DNA of 64,000 nt from Deltaproteobacteria bacterium (lineage in GTDB: Bacteria > Desulfobacterota > Dissulfuribacteria > Dissulfuribacterales > QOAL01), in contig JALWYO010000017.1 of NCBI GenBank assembly GCA_026992735.1, positions 373 through 64,372 of the forward strand. The letters run 5' to 3'. Made by a program: the position numbers and the translations under genes. The notes beneath the pieces are model-generated. The model did not search any database, had not been told where the DNA came from, and saw only the letters and a program-made list of their open reading frames with translations. Of the stretch, positions 37,927-46,282 are shown piece after piece; position 1 is the first letter of the stretch, and each line of letters begins with the position of its first letter.

Positions 37927-39021
37927 ATGAAAGAACAAACAGCCATAAGGATTAGACGGCTGAAAAAAAGCCTGTCGGCGCGCAGGATCGAGACAGCGCT
38001 AATAACCGCTCCAGAAAACCGGTTTTATCTCAGCGGATTTCTTGCAGAGGACATTGGGCTCACGGAATCTGCAGGCGCACTCCTGATCACCAGGCAGGAA
38101 TGCTTCCTGCTTACTGATGGAAGATATGAAGTACAGGCAAAACAGCAGGCCCCGGGGTTCAACACTGTAATCTATAAAAAGGGCCTGATCAGCAGCCTGA
38201 AGCCCATATTCCAGGACATGGAACTCCACAGCTGCGCATACGAGCCTGACTATATCTCCTGCAGAAGGTTTCATGAACTGAGAAACAGCATCCCCGGTAT
38301 TTCATGGCATGATATTGGCAATACTTGCGAGAAGATGCGCCTTATCAAGGACAATGAGGAATGTTCCCTGATAATCAAGGCCCAGCAGGCGGCTGAGGCT
38401 GTATTCAAAGACGTGCTGCCCATGATACAACCAGGGAAGACCGAGAAAGAAATCGCCTTTACGATCCTCCAGGGGCTATATACAAAGGCTGACGGACCCT
38501 CATTTCCACCCATAGTGGCATCCGGTCCCAACAGTGCCCTGCCCCATGCAGTTCCGGAAAACAGAAAAATCAGGAAGGGAGAGCCTGTCATTGTAGATAT
38601 GGGGGCACGCATTCAGGGCTACTGTTCCGACATGACCCGCACTGTATTCTGCGGCAGACCTTCAGCCAGATTCCAGGATATATACATGGTGGTCAAGGAG
38701 GCACAACGGACGGCTCAGGAGGCGATAAGACCAGGCATGACCAGGAAAGAGGCAGACTACATTGCCAGAAAGGTCATAGAAGATGCGGGTTTTGGCAACA
38801 GATTTGTCCACTCTCTGGGACACGGGGTGGGTATAGCGATCCACGAGCCCCCCATGCTCTCGACAAGGTCAAGAAAGAAACTCAGGACGGGCATGGTATT
38901 CACGGTAGAACCGGGCATATACCTGCCTGGCGAGGGTGGAGTCAGGCTTGAAAACATGGGAATTCTACAGGACAATGGCCTTGAAATCATGACTTCTAAC
39001 AAGTGGTTCTATGAATTCTGA
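37927..39021 (+). CDS. M24-family Xaa-Pro aminopeptidase/dipeptidase
   Basis: 364 aa. Creatinase-like N-domain plus metal ligands VDMGA...GYCSDMTRT, HSLGHGVGIAIHEPP, VFTVEPGIY, RLEN. Confidence 0.88.
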   Translation: MKEQTAIRIRRLKKSLSARRIETALITAPENRFYLSGFLAEDIGLTESAGALLITRQECFLLTDGRYEVQAKQQAPGFNTVIYKKGLISSLKPIFQDMELHSCAYEPDYISCRRFHELRNSIPGISWHDIGNTCEKMRLIKDNEECSLIIKAQQAAEAVFKDVLPMIQPGKTEKEIAFTILQGLYTKADGPSFPPIVASGPNSALPHAVPENRKIRKGEPVIVDMGARIQGYCSDMTRTVFCGRPSARFQDIYMVVKEAQRTAQEAIRPGMTRKEADYIARKVIEDAGFGNRFVHSLGHGVGIAIHEPPMLSTRSRKKLRTGMVFTVEPGIYLPGEGGVRLENMGILQDNGLEIMTSNKWFYEF

Positions 39022-39775
39022 GAGAGAAGACGGGCACAGTGAACAGGAGGTGGAACTAAGCCTCACCGAGCACCTTGCAGAGCTGCGCACCCGCCTTGTA
39101 AGGTCGGCAGGCGCTGTGGCAGTAGGCTTCTGTATATGTTATGCCTTCATAAAGCCGATATTCGATTTTCTTTCCCTTCCACTCCTGCAGGTGCTCCCAC
39201 CTGGCACTTCCCTGATATTCACGTCTTACCCGGAGGCATTTTTCACATACCTCAAACTTGCCCTGACTGCTGGATTGTTCCTGGCAAGCCCGTTTATCCT
39301 CCACGAAATATGGGCATTTATTGCGCCAGGGCTATATCCCCATGAAAGGAAATGGGCACTGCCTTTCATATTTTTTTCCAGCCTCTTCTTTATAGGCGGG
39401 GCTGTATTCGGCTATTTTGCCGTATTTCCGGCAGCCTTTAAATTTCTGGCAAGCTATGCAGGAGCAGATCTGAAACTCCTACCAAGTGTAAGCGAATACT
39501 TCAGCCTTACCATAAAACTGCTGCTCGGCTTTGGAGCCGCCTTTGAACTGCCGATATTCATGGTGTTCATGGCCCTGGTAGGCATCATAGACGCCCGGAT
39601 GCTCAGGGAAAACAGGAAGTACGCACTGCTCATCATCTTTATCATAGCGGCAGTACTGACGCCCACGCCTGATGTTGTGAACCAGTGCCTGCTGGCAGGA
39701 CCGTTGCTGGTGCTCTACGAAATAAGCATCATCCTTGTGGCCCTGATTGGCAAAAGGAGAGAACCTCGCCAATAA
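39011..39775 (+). CDS. tatC: Twin-arginine translocase subunit TatC
   Basis: 254 aa, six TM segments, LTEHLAELRTRL N-terminal motif. Confidence 0.92.
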   Translation: MNSEREDGHSEQEVELSLTEHLAELRTRLVRSAGAVAVGFCICYAFIKPIFDFLSLPLLQVLPPGTSLIFTSYPEAFFTYLKLALTAGLFLASPFILHEIWAFIAPGLYPHERKWALPFIFFSSLFFIGGAVFGYFAVFPAAFKFLASYAGADLKLLPSVSEYFSLTIKLLLGFGAAFELPIFMVFMALVGIIDARMLRENRKYALLIIFIIAAVLTPTPDVVNQCLLAGPLLVLYEISIILVALIGKRREPRQ

Positions 39776-40916
39776 CATCTTTGCTCCATGTTCCCCTGAC
39801 CCCCCAAATACCTGCCTGGAGTTCCGCATTTGCAGCTATCTTTTCATGTGCTGCCCTGTCGATACCCAAGTCTTCCAGGGATGCGGGGCAATTTATGGAC
39901 TTCAGCCAGGCATGAAAGGCTGAAGAGGTTTCAGCTGCGCAGCCTGGTTCATCATTATCCTGGCTGACAGACAGGCATTGCCTGCCAAACTGGCAGACCC
40001 TGTCAACGCCGCCATTTTCTGCCTTCCAGGCCATCCATCCAGGGAGCAGGGCAGCAAGCCCCGCGCCGTGGGGCACCCCGTAAATAGCGCTTATGGCGTG
40101 CTCTATCAGGTGAACGGGGAAGGGATGGTCTCCAACTCCGGCCCTGGTAAGCCCGTTCAAGGCCAGGGTGGCAGCCCACATCAGGGCGGCTCGCTGCTGA
40201 TAATCCCGGGGGGATGCCAGAGAGCCTTCGGTAGCCTTCATGATTGCCCTGATAAGCCCTTCGGTCAGCTCATCCTGCACTGGAGTAAAGTTGGAAAGAC
40301 GGTTGAAATATGGCTCCAGCAGGTGGCATATTGCATCCACTCCGCCATAGGCCGTATAGTCAGCAGGGACGCTGCAGGTGAGCTCCGGGGCCAGAAATGA
40401 TATCCTGGGATAGCAATGGGGTGAGCCAGCTGCCAGCTTAAACCCTGTATCCTGATTTGTTATGACCATGAATCCGTTCATCTCAGAGCCGGACGCGGCA
40501 AGCGTTGGCACGCAGATCACTGGCAGGGCAGCTCCTATCTCCAGTATGCCCTCGAATACTGCCCATATATCACCATCCAGAAGGACACCGGCTGCCACTG
40601 CCTTTGCCGTATCCATGACGCTTCCGCCTCCAAGGGCCACAATGAATTCTATATCATGGTCCCTTACAATTTCTATGCCTTCATACACCCTTGCAAGAAT
40701 AGGATTGGACTGAATACCGCCGAGATCATAGGCCCTAATGCCGGAAGCCTCCAGGCTTCCTCTGACAGCATCGTAGGCTCCTGTCTTCCTTGCGCTCTGC
40801 CTGCCTGTTACAAGAAGACAGTTTTTACCCAGAGACCTTGTCTCCGGGCCAATTCTGCCCAGAATATCCTTACCAAAGATTATCCTGGTAGGATTGCAGA
40901 ACTCAAAATTTTCCAT
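39729..40916 (-). CDS. Iron-containing (group III) alcohol dehydrogenase, YqhD/butanol-DH-like
   Basis: 395 aa. ...FIVALGGGSVMDTAKAVA..., His-rich metal site HLIEHAISAIYGVPHGAGLA. Confidence 0.88.
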   Translation of the reverse strand: MENFEFCNPTRIIFGKDILGRIGPETRSLGKNCLLVTGRQSARKTGAYDAVRGSLEASGIRAYDLGGIQSNPILARVYEGIEIVRDHDIEFIVALGGGSVMDTAKAVAAGVLLDGDIWAVFEGILEIGAALPVICVPTLAASGSEMNGFMVITNQDTGFKLAAGSPHCYPRISFLAPELTCSVPADYTAYGGVDAICHLLEPYFNRLSNFTPVQDELTEGLIRAIMKATEGSLASPRDYQQRAALMWAATLALNGLTRAGVGDHPFPVHLIEHAISAIYGVPHGAGLAALLPGWMAWKAENGGVDRVCQFGRQCLSVSQDNDEPGCAAETSSAFHAWLKSINCPASLEDLGIDRAAHEKIAANAELQAGIWGVRGTWSKDVIGEVLSFCQSGPQG

Positions 40917-40934
40917 GTTTTATCGCCTCCTCAA

Positions 40935-41115
40935 GTAACTTCTCAACAAATCTGCAAATTACAAGTTTCTGGACACAGATGAACACAGAAACACACAGAT
41001 TTTCTTTGTCTTTCATCTGTTTACGAAGCCTGCGTCTATCTGCGTCCTCAGTTTGCATCTGCGCCTACCTGTAAGCAGGTACAGAAGAATTTGCACGGGC
41101 CTATTGAGAAGTTAC
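40935..41115. mobile_element. MITE-like element A (181 bp) with terminal inverted repeats and an 8-bp target-site duplication
   Basis: TIRs are GTAACTTCTCAA (40935-) and TTGAGAAGTTAC (-41115). The direct repeat CTCCTCAA abuts both ends (40927-40934 and 41116-41123). The inner arms extend the match (..CTGCAAATT / AATTTGCAC..). No ORF. Sits 10 nt upstream of the adh SD. Confidence 0.75.
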
Positions 41116-41223
41116 CTCCTCAAAAACCAACAATTCTAAATCCCAGGCAAATAAATAAGGCGGCCTGGAGAAGAACAAGACCGCCTTGATAATCATTGCA
41201 ACGATAAGCATGGAATCTGTAGG

Positions 41224-43698
41224 TTACTTATCTATGCCCAGCTCCTTTTCCTTGTCAGCAACCAACAGCCTCGTCTTTACCGCAGTGTCAGGAGTAAGGC
41301 TCATGGAGTCAATCCCGCATTCTACCAGAAAGGCAGCAAAATCCGGGAAATCGCTCGGTGCCTGGCCACAGATACCGATCTTTCTCTTTTTTTCCTTGGC
41401 AGTATTGATAACCTGCCTGATGAGCCGCTTTACAGCCTCGTTTCTCTCATCATAAATATGGGATACCAGCTCTGAATCCCTGTCAAGCCCAAGGGTAAGC
41501 TGTGTAAGATCATTGGAGCCGATTGAAAAGCCGTCGAAGACCTCTGAAAACTCGTCTGCCAACACCACGTTGCTGGGGATCTCGCACATCACGTATATCT
41601 CAAGGCCGTTTTCGCCCTGCTTCAGCCCGTATTTTTCCATGATGCCGATAACCTTCTTGCCTTCCTCAACGGTGCGGCAGAAAGGAATCATGCTCTTCAC
41701 GTTGGAAAGCCCCATCTCATCCCTGGCCTTCTTGAATGCCCTGCACTCCAGGGCGAATGCCGGCTCAAAATTAGGGGCATAGTAACGTGATGCACCCCTC
41801 CAGCCTATCATGGGATTGTGTTCGTCAGGCTCATAGAGATTGCCACCAATCAGGTTTGCATATTCATTGCTCTTGAAATCTGACATGCGGACAATAACAT
41901 CCTTGGGATAGAAGCCTGCAGCAATCATGGCGATACCCTGGGCCAGCTTGTCCACGAAAAACTCTGCCTTGTCTTCGTATGCGGCAGTCTTTTCATCAAT
42001 GGCAGCCACGATTTCCCTGACATCAGGGGCATTGGCCGCAGGCTCAAGATCATACTTGTCCATGGTGTCAACAAGTTCCTTGAGCTTTTCGTAATTGAGC
42101 AGCGCCAGCGGATGTATGCCAATATGGGAATTTATTATAAACTCAAGCCTTGCAAGCCCTACCCCGTCATTTGGAATCTGTCCCTGTTCAAAGGCCTGCT
42201 CAGGGATACCAACATTCATCATTATCATTGTCTTGGTCTTGGGTACATTGGCGAAATCAATGCGGTCCACCTCGTACTTGAGAAGCCCGCGATAGACCTT
42301 TCCTTCCTCACCCTCAGAGCATGAAACTGTCACATCTTCCCCGGTGCTGATGGCCTCAGTGCCGTTTTCCGTACCGACAACGCATGGAATGCCCATCTCC
42401 CTGGAGATAATGGCTGCATGGCATGTCCTGCCGCCCCTGTTGGTTACAATTGCCGATGCGACCTTCATAATGGGTTCCCAGTCAGGATCGGTCATATCAG
42501 TAACAAGCACCTCTCCAGCATTGAACTGGGTAATCTCACTGACATCACGAATAACATGGGCGGTACCCTGGCCAATCTTGCTGCCTACAGCCTTGCCTAT
42601 AGCAAGGACTTCACCTTTTTCAAGGAGCCTGTAGGTCTCCATGTAATTAGTATCTTTCTGGGAATGAACGGTTTCCGGCCTTGCCTGCACGATGAAAAGA
42701 TCACCTGTTCCCACCTTTTCACCGTCACCATCCTTGGCCCACTCTATATCCATGGCCTTTTTATAATGTTCCTCGATAATACAGGCCCATTCAGCAAGCT
42801 TAAGTATCTCATCATCAGACAGGACATAGCGCCTCCTTTCTTCCGGGCTGGTCTCCACGTTCTTGACCGGCTCTTTGGGATCGGAGGTGTAGATCATGCG
42901 GTGCTGCTTGAGGCCAAGACGCTTGCTGACAATTGGGCGAAAGCCCTTCTTGAGAGTGGGTTTGAATACATAAAATTCATCCGGGTTGACTGCGCCCTGG
43001 ACAACGTTCTCACCAAGCCCCCAGGCACCTGTTATATAGACAACATCTTCGAAACCGCTTTCCGTGTCTATGGTGAACATAACCCCGGAACTTGCGCTGT
43101 CACTCCTGACCATCTTCTGAACTGCAATGGAAAGATAGACGTCGAAATGGCCAAAACCCTTGTCATGCCTGTAGGATATGGCCCTGTCGGTAAAAAGGCT
43201 TGCGAAACACTTATGACATGCCTCTATGAGAGCATCAGTGCCGGTGATGTTGAGAAAGGTTTCCTGCTGGCCTGCAAAAGACGCATCTGGAAGATCTTCC
43301 GCAGTTGCAGACGAGCGAACTGCCACGTCTACGTCTTGGTAATACTCCTTTTCCATCTGTGTATAGGCCTCGTTGATGGCCTCTTCCAGATCTTCGGGAA
43401 ACTTTGCATTGAGAATTATCTCTCTTACCTTCTTGCCCCTCTCCCTGAGATTGTTTATGTCGCTCGTATCCAGTCCTTCCAGAGCATCACGTATCGCCTG
43501 CTCTATGCCGGCATCCTTCAATAGATGCTTATAGGCCTCTGCCGTAATTGCAAACCCGTTGGGAACCTTTACGCCCTTGCTGGAAAGATGCTGATACATC
43601 TCTCCAAGAGATGCGTTTTTACCACCTACCAGCGGCACATCTTCAATTCCGATCTCCTTGAACCACAGAATGAATGGTTTATCACTCATCACCGACAA
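41224..43698 (-). CDS. ppsA: Phosphoenolpyruvate synthase (pyruvate, water dikinase)
   Basis: 824 aa. VGGKNASLGEMY, phosphohistidine region GGRTCHAAIISRE, C-terminal PEP-utilising TIM barrel. Confidence 0.93.
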   Translation of the reverse strand: MSVMSDKPFILWFKEIGIEDVPLVGGKNASLGEMYQHLSSKGVKVPNGFAITAEAYKHLLKDAGIEQAIRDALEGLDTSDINNLRERGKKVREIILNAKFPEDLEEAINEAYTQMEKEYYQDVDVAVRSSATAEDLPDASFAGQQETFLNITGTDALIEACHKCFASLFTDRAISYRHDKGFGHFDVYLSIAVQKMVRSDSASSGVMFTIDTESGFEDVVYITGAWGLGENVVQGAVNPDEFYVFKPTLKKGFRPIVSKRLGLKQHRMIYTSDPKEPVKNVETSPEERRRYVLSDDEILKLAEWACIIEEHYKKAMDIEWAKDGDGEKVGTGDLFIVQARPETVHSQKDTNYMETYRLLEKGEVLAIGKAVGSKIGQGTAHVIRDVSEITQFNAGEVLVTDMTDPDWEPIMKVASAIVTNRGGRTCHAAIISREMGIPCVVGTENGTEAISTGEDVTVSCSEGEEGKVYRGLLKYEVDRIDFANVPKTKTMIMMNVGIPEQAFEQGQIPNDGVGLARLEFIINSHIGIHPLALLNYEKLKELVDTMDKYDLEPAANAPDVREIVAAIDEKTAAYEDKAEFFVDKLAQGIAMIAAGFYPKDVIVRMSDFKSNEYANLIGGNLYEPDEHNPMIGWRGASRYYAPNFEPAFALECRAFKKARDEMGLSNVKSMIPFCRTVEEGKKVIGIMEKYGLKQGENGLEIYVMCEIPSNVVLADEFSEVFDGFSIGSNDLTQLTLGLDRDSELVSHIYDERNEAVKRLIRQVINTAKEKKRKIGICGQAPSDFPDFAAFLVECGIDSMSLTPDTAVKTRLLVADKEKELGIDK

Positions 43699-44051
43699 CC
43701 TCCTTGAATTTTACGTAGAGTGGACTTGAAAGCTTAAAACAAAAAAGACCGCAAAAATGCAGGCAAATTCTGCTGCACAGTGCGGCCAAGTTGCTGTTTG
43801 TCCTCTTGTTTTTATATGCGGTTGTTCCGCTTTGGAACAATGGTATTTCACGATTTCCCTCTTAGCACTTCCTGAGAGATACTACTCAGGCATCTCTGCC
43901 ATGCATGGCCTGATGCCAGTCAATATATAAAAAATACATCACAACACCTTTTATTTCTACATTAAAACCCGTACTGGACAGATAAAAATGTGCAGGTGTA
44001 TCCAAAAAAAACAATTTATTCAATAATAATCCGAAGTTATAATTAGAAAGT

Positions 44052-44193
44052 ATAACTTCTCAATAAATTCGTGCGAATTTTTCTGTATCTGCTTACAGGG
44101 TGTTGCAGATCAAGGCGGAGGACGCGCAGGCGTACTTCCTGTAGTTCAAGCGTCTGATCAACGCCGTAGATGCGGTACCTTGTGAGCAGATAC
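44052..44193. mobile_element. MITE-like element B (142 bp), same family as element A, with an 8-bp target-site duplication
   Basis: The left end ATAACTTCTCAATAAATTCGTGCGAATTTTTCTGTATCTGCTTACAGG aligns to the reverse complement of element A's right arm over ~100 nt. The right end TGAGCAGATAC is a degenerate TIR. TAGAAAGT is directly repeated at 44044-44051 and 44194-44201. Confidence 0.65.
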
Positions 44194-44426
44194 TAGAAAG
44201 TATGCTTGTCAGTGATAACCACTACACATATCATGAGCATCACCATCCGTGTCAGCCAGCCTAACCTATCAATGTTTTCATCCCTTGGCAAGCATGCATG
44301 CCTGACAGATACAGGCCTGCACCAAAGCCTGATAGCGCAGCAAATACAGTGCACTTTAACCAGCTCCAAAGCAGACAGCTATCCAGGAGGATATGTATTC
44401 AGCCATGTGAGCAAATCGGAGCCAGG

Positions 44427-45527
44427 TCACCGTTTCATGTTTCCCATGGGATATGAGCCAAGCCACTTTAGAAAGGTGCATCCTCCGCGTATGGATTCCA
44501 CTCCGGCCTTGACGTGCTCATCCTCTATATGCCCTGCTATATCCACATAAAACAGGTAACGCCATGGCTCATCTTTCACCGGCCTGGACTGAATCTTTGT
44601 AAGGTTTATGCCCTTGGTGGCCAAGGGCTCCAGCAGCTTGAACAGGGAACCAGGCCTGTCCTCCAGGCTTAGCAGCAAAGAAGTCTTGTCCATGCCGCTC
44701 GGCCTTGGGCATTCATGGCCAAGCACCATGAAACGGGTGGTATTGCCTGCAAAATCCTCTATCCTCTTGGCCACAGCATAAAGACCGTAGGTCCTTGCTG
44801 CCAGAGGGCTGGCTATGGCTGCAACGGATTCGTCCACTGCTGCCCACCTCGCGGCCTGGGCAGTGCTGACTACCTCCTCGGTAGGCACGGCAGGAAGGTT
44901 TCTCTGGAGCCAGAGCCTGCACTGGGCCAAGGCATGGGGATGGGAAAGAATACGTCGAATCTTGTCTTTCCTGCCGCTCTTGCTGATGAGGTCATGAGAT
45001 ATGGGCATATAGACCTCGCCGCAGATCTCTATTTGGTAATCACACAGTCCGTCCAAGGTCAGGGCGACTGTACCTTCTACAGAATTTTCCACAGGGACAA
45101 CGCCAAAATCAATGCGTTTCCTCTCCACCTCCTCAAACACCTCGGTAATATTACTTTCAGCTATAAAATCAGGGGCATGGCCAAAAAATTCTGCCGCTGC
45201 CATATGGGTAAAGGTGGTTTCAGGGCCAAGATAACCCACCCTGGCCGGACGCTGAGCATTTCTGCAGGCGGAGATGATCTCGCTAAAGATGACCTGCAGG
45301 CCATCGGCTGGAAATCTTCCCTTGTTGTATTCAAGGATATGGTCAATAACCTCTTTTTCCCTGACCGTATCCAGTGGCTGGGCCAGGGATTTTGCCTTGG
45401 TCCTTCCTATCTCCTCAGCAACAGCAAGTCGTTCCTGGAGCAGGGCCACCAGTTCCCTGTCTATGCCGTCTATCCTGGAACGCAGCTCCAGCAGCTTTAC
45501 CGCCTGGTCTTCATCAAGTTTACGCAT
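44427..45527 (-). CDS. pheA: Bifunctional chorismate mutase / prephenate dehydratase (P-protein)
   Basis: 366 aa. CM helix LRSRIDGIDRELVALLQERL, PDT VGYLGPETTFTHMAA, C-terminal ACT domain. Confidence 0.92.
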   Translation of the reverse strand: MRKLDEDQAVKLLELRSRIDGIDRELVALLQERLAVAEEIGRTKAKSLAQPLDTVREKEVIDHILEYNKGRFPADGLQVIFSEIISACRNAQRPARVGYLGPETTFTHMAAAEFFGHAPDFIAESNITEVFEEVERKRIDFGVVPVENSVEGTVALTLDGLCDYQIEICGEVYMPISHDLISKSGRKDKIRRILSHPHALAQCRLWLQRNLPAVPTEEVVSTAQAARWAAVDESVAAIASPLAARTYGLYAVAKRIEDFAGNTTRFMVLGHECPRPSGMDKTSLLLSLEDRPGSLFKLLEPLATKGINLTKIQSRPVKDEPWRYLFYVDIAGHIEDEHVKAGVESIRGGCTFLKWLGSYPMGNMKR

Positions 45528-45647
45528 AATATTATTTCTGACCTCTACACGCCCCAGCCTTATGGCTGAAGCCGCAACAATCCAGACAAATCAGATAGTT
45601 ATGACACCTATTCACAACTTACCCTGCAGTGAACTACAATGCAGGAC

Positions 45648-45998
45648 CTATGATAAAAGAATCTGCCTGATCTCTGAAAGCTCCCTCCTTATCTCTTCCA
45701 GGATCTGACATTTGCTATCTGCCCCGGTCTGCCCAGAACCTACACGGGCTTGCCTGCTGCGCTGCAGGCTTTCCAGCTGCTTTCTTGCTCCGGCAATGGT
45801 AAAACCCTCATTATAGAGAAGCTGTTTTATGAGTTGAATGGTTTCCAGATCCTGCTTGCGATAGAGACGCTGCCCAGAAACCCGTCTGGGACGTATCTGC
45901 TTGAATTCTTTTTCCCAGAATCTCAGGACATGGGATTCAACTCCCACTATCCTGCTGACTTCTCCTATCCGGTAATATTTGCGGTCTTTTTTCAGCAT
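45648..45998 (-). CDS. MerR-family transcriptional regulator
   Basis: 116 aa. YYRIGEVSRIVGVESHVLRFWEKEF...RRVSGQRLYRKQDL. This is a winged-HTH MerR N-domain. Confidence 0.85.
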   Translation of the reverse strand: MLKKDRKYYRIGEVSRIVGVESHVLRFWEKEFKQIRPRRVSGQRLYRKQDLETIQLIKQLLYNEGFTIAGARKQLESLQRSRQARVGSGQTGADSKCQILEEIRRELSEIRQILLS

Positions 45999-46281
45999 TG
46001 ACCATCTTTTTCAGTAAAGGACTCGGCCGGAATGAAACAGTATTCCTGGCAGGGATGACAATAGCATCCCCTGTTGTTGGATTAATCCCTTTTCTGGCTT
46101 GTTTAAACAAGGGACAAAATGTACCAAACCGTACTATCTTGAGAGATTCTCCTGAAAGCAGGATATCGATCATATGGCTGAACATGGCATCTACCAGTTT
46201 TTTGCTGGACCGGACCGAAAACCCGAGTTCTTCGCTGATTTTCTCGGCAAGCTCAAGTTTTGTGACAGCACCGTCTCCCAT
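45937..46281 (-). CDS. ihfA: Integration host factor subunit alpha (HU/IHF family)
   Basis: 114 aa. TKLELAEKISEELGFSVRSSKKLVDAMF...FGTF...ARKGINPTTGDAIVIPARNTVSFRPS. Sits after pheT as in the classical thrS-infC-rpmI-rplT-pheST-ihfA cluster. Confidence 0.88.
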   Translation of the reverse strand: MGDGAVTKLELAEKISEELGFSVRSSKKLVDAMFSHMIDILLSGESLKIVRFGTFCPLFKQARKGINPTTGDAIVIPARNTVSFRPSPLLKKMVNAEKRPQILPDRRSQQDSGS

Positions 46282-46282
46282 G

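Noticed and set aside
41086-41117. TTGCACGG..TTGAG within the repeat module, as a sigma54 or sigma70 promoter
   Set aside because: The -24/-12 spacing is off by 2 nt and there is no GG dinucleotide. The sigma70 -10 candidates (TACCTC/TACGGC) are poor. Better explained as a transposon terminal repeat.
42418-43524. 368-aa plus-strand ORF
   Set aside because: Antisense to ppsA, which has unambiguous PEP-synthase motifs on the other strand.
44206-44550. 114-aa plus-strand ORF downstream of MITE-like element B
   Set aside because: It overlaps the 3' end of pheA on the opposite strand, has no SD and has no similarity to anything I recognise. Probably spurious.
44715-45569. 284-aa plus-strand ORF
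   Set aside because: Antisense to pheA (clear CM/PDT/ACT motifs on the minus strand).
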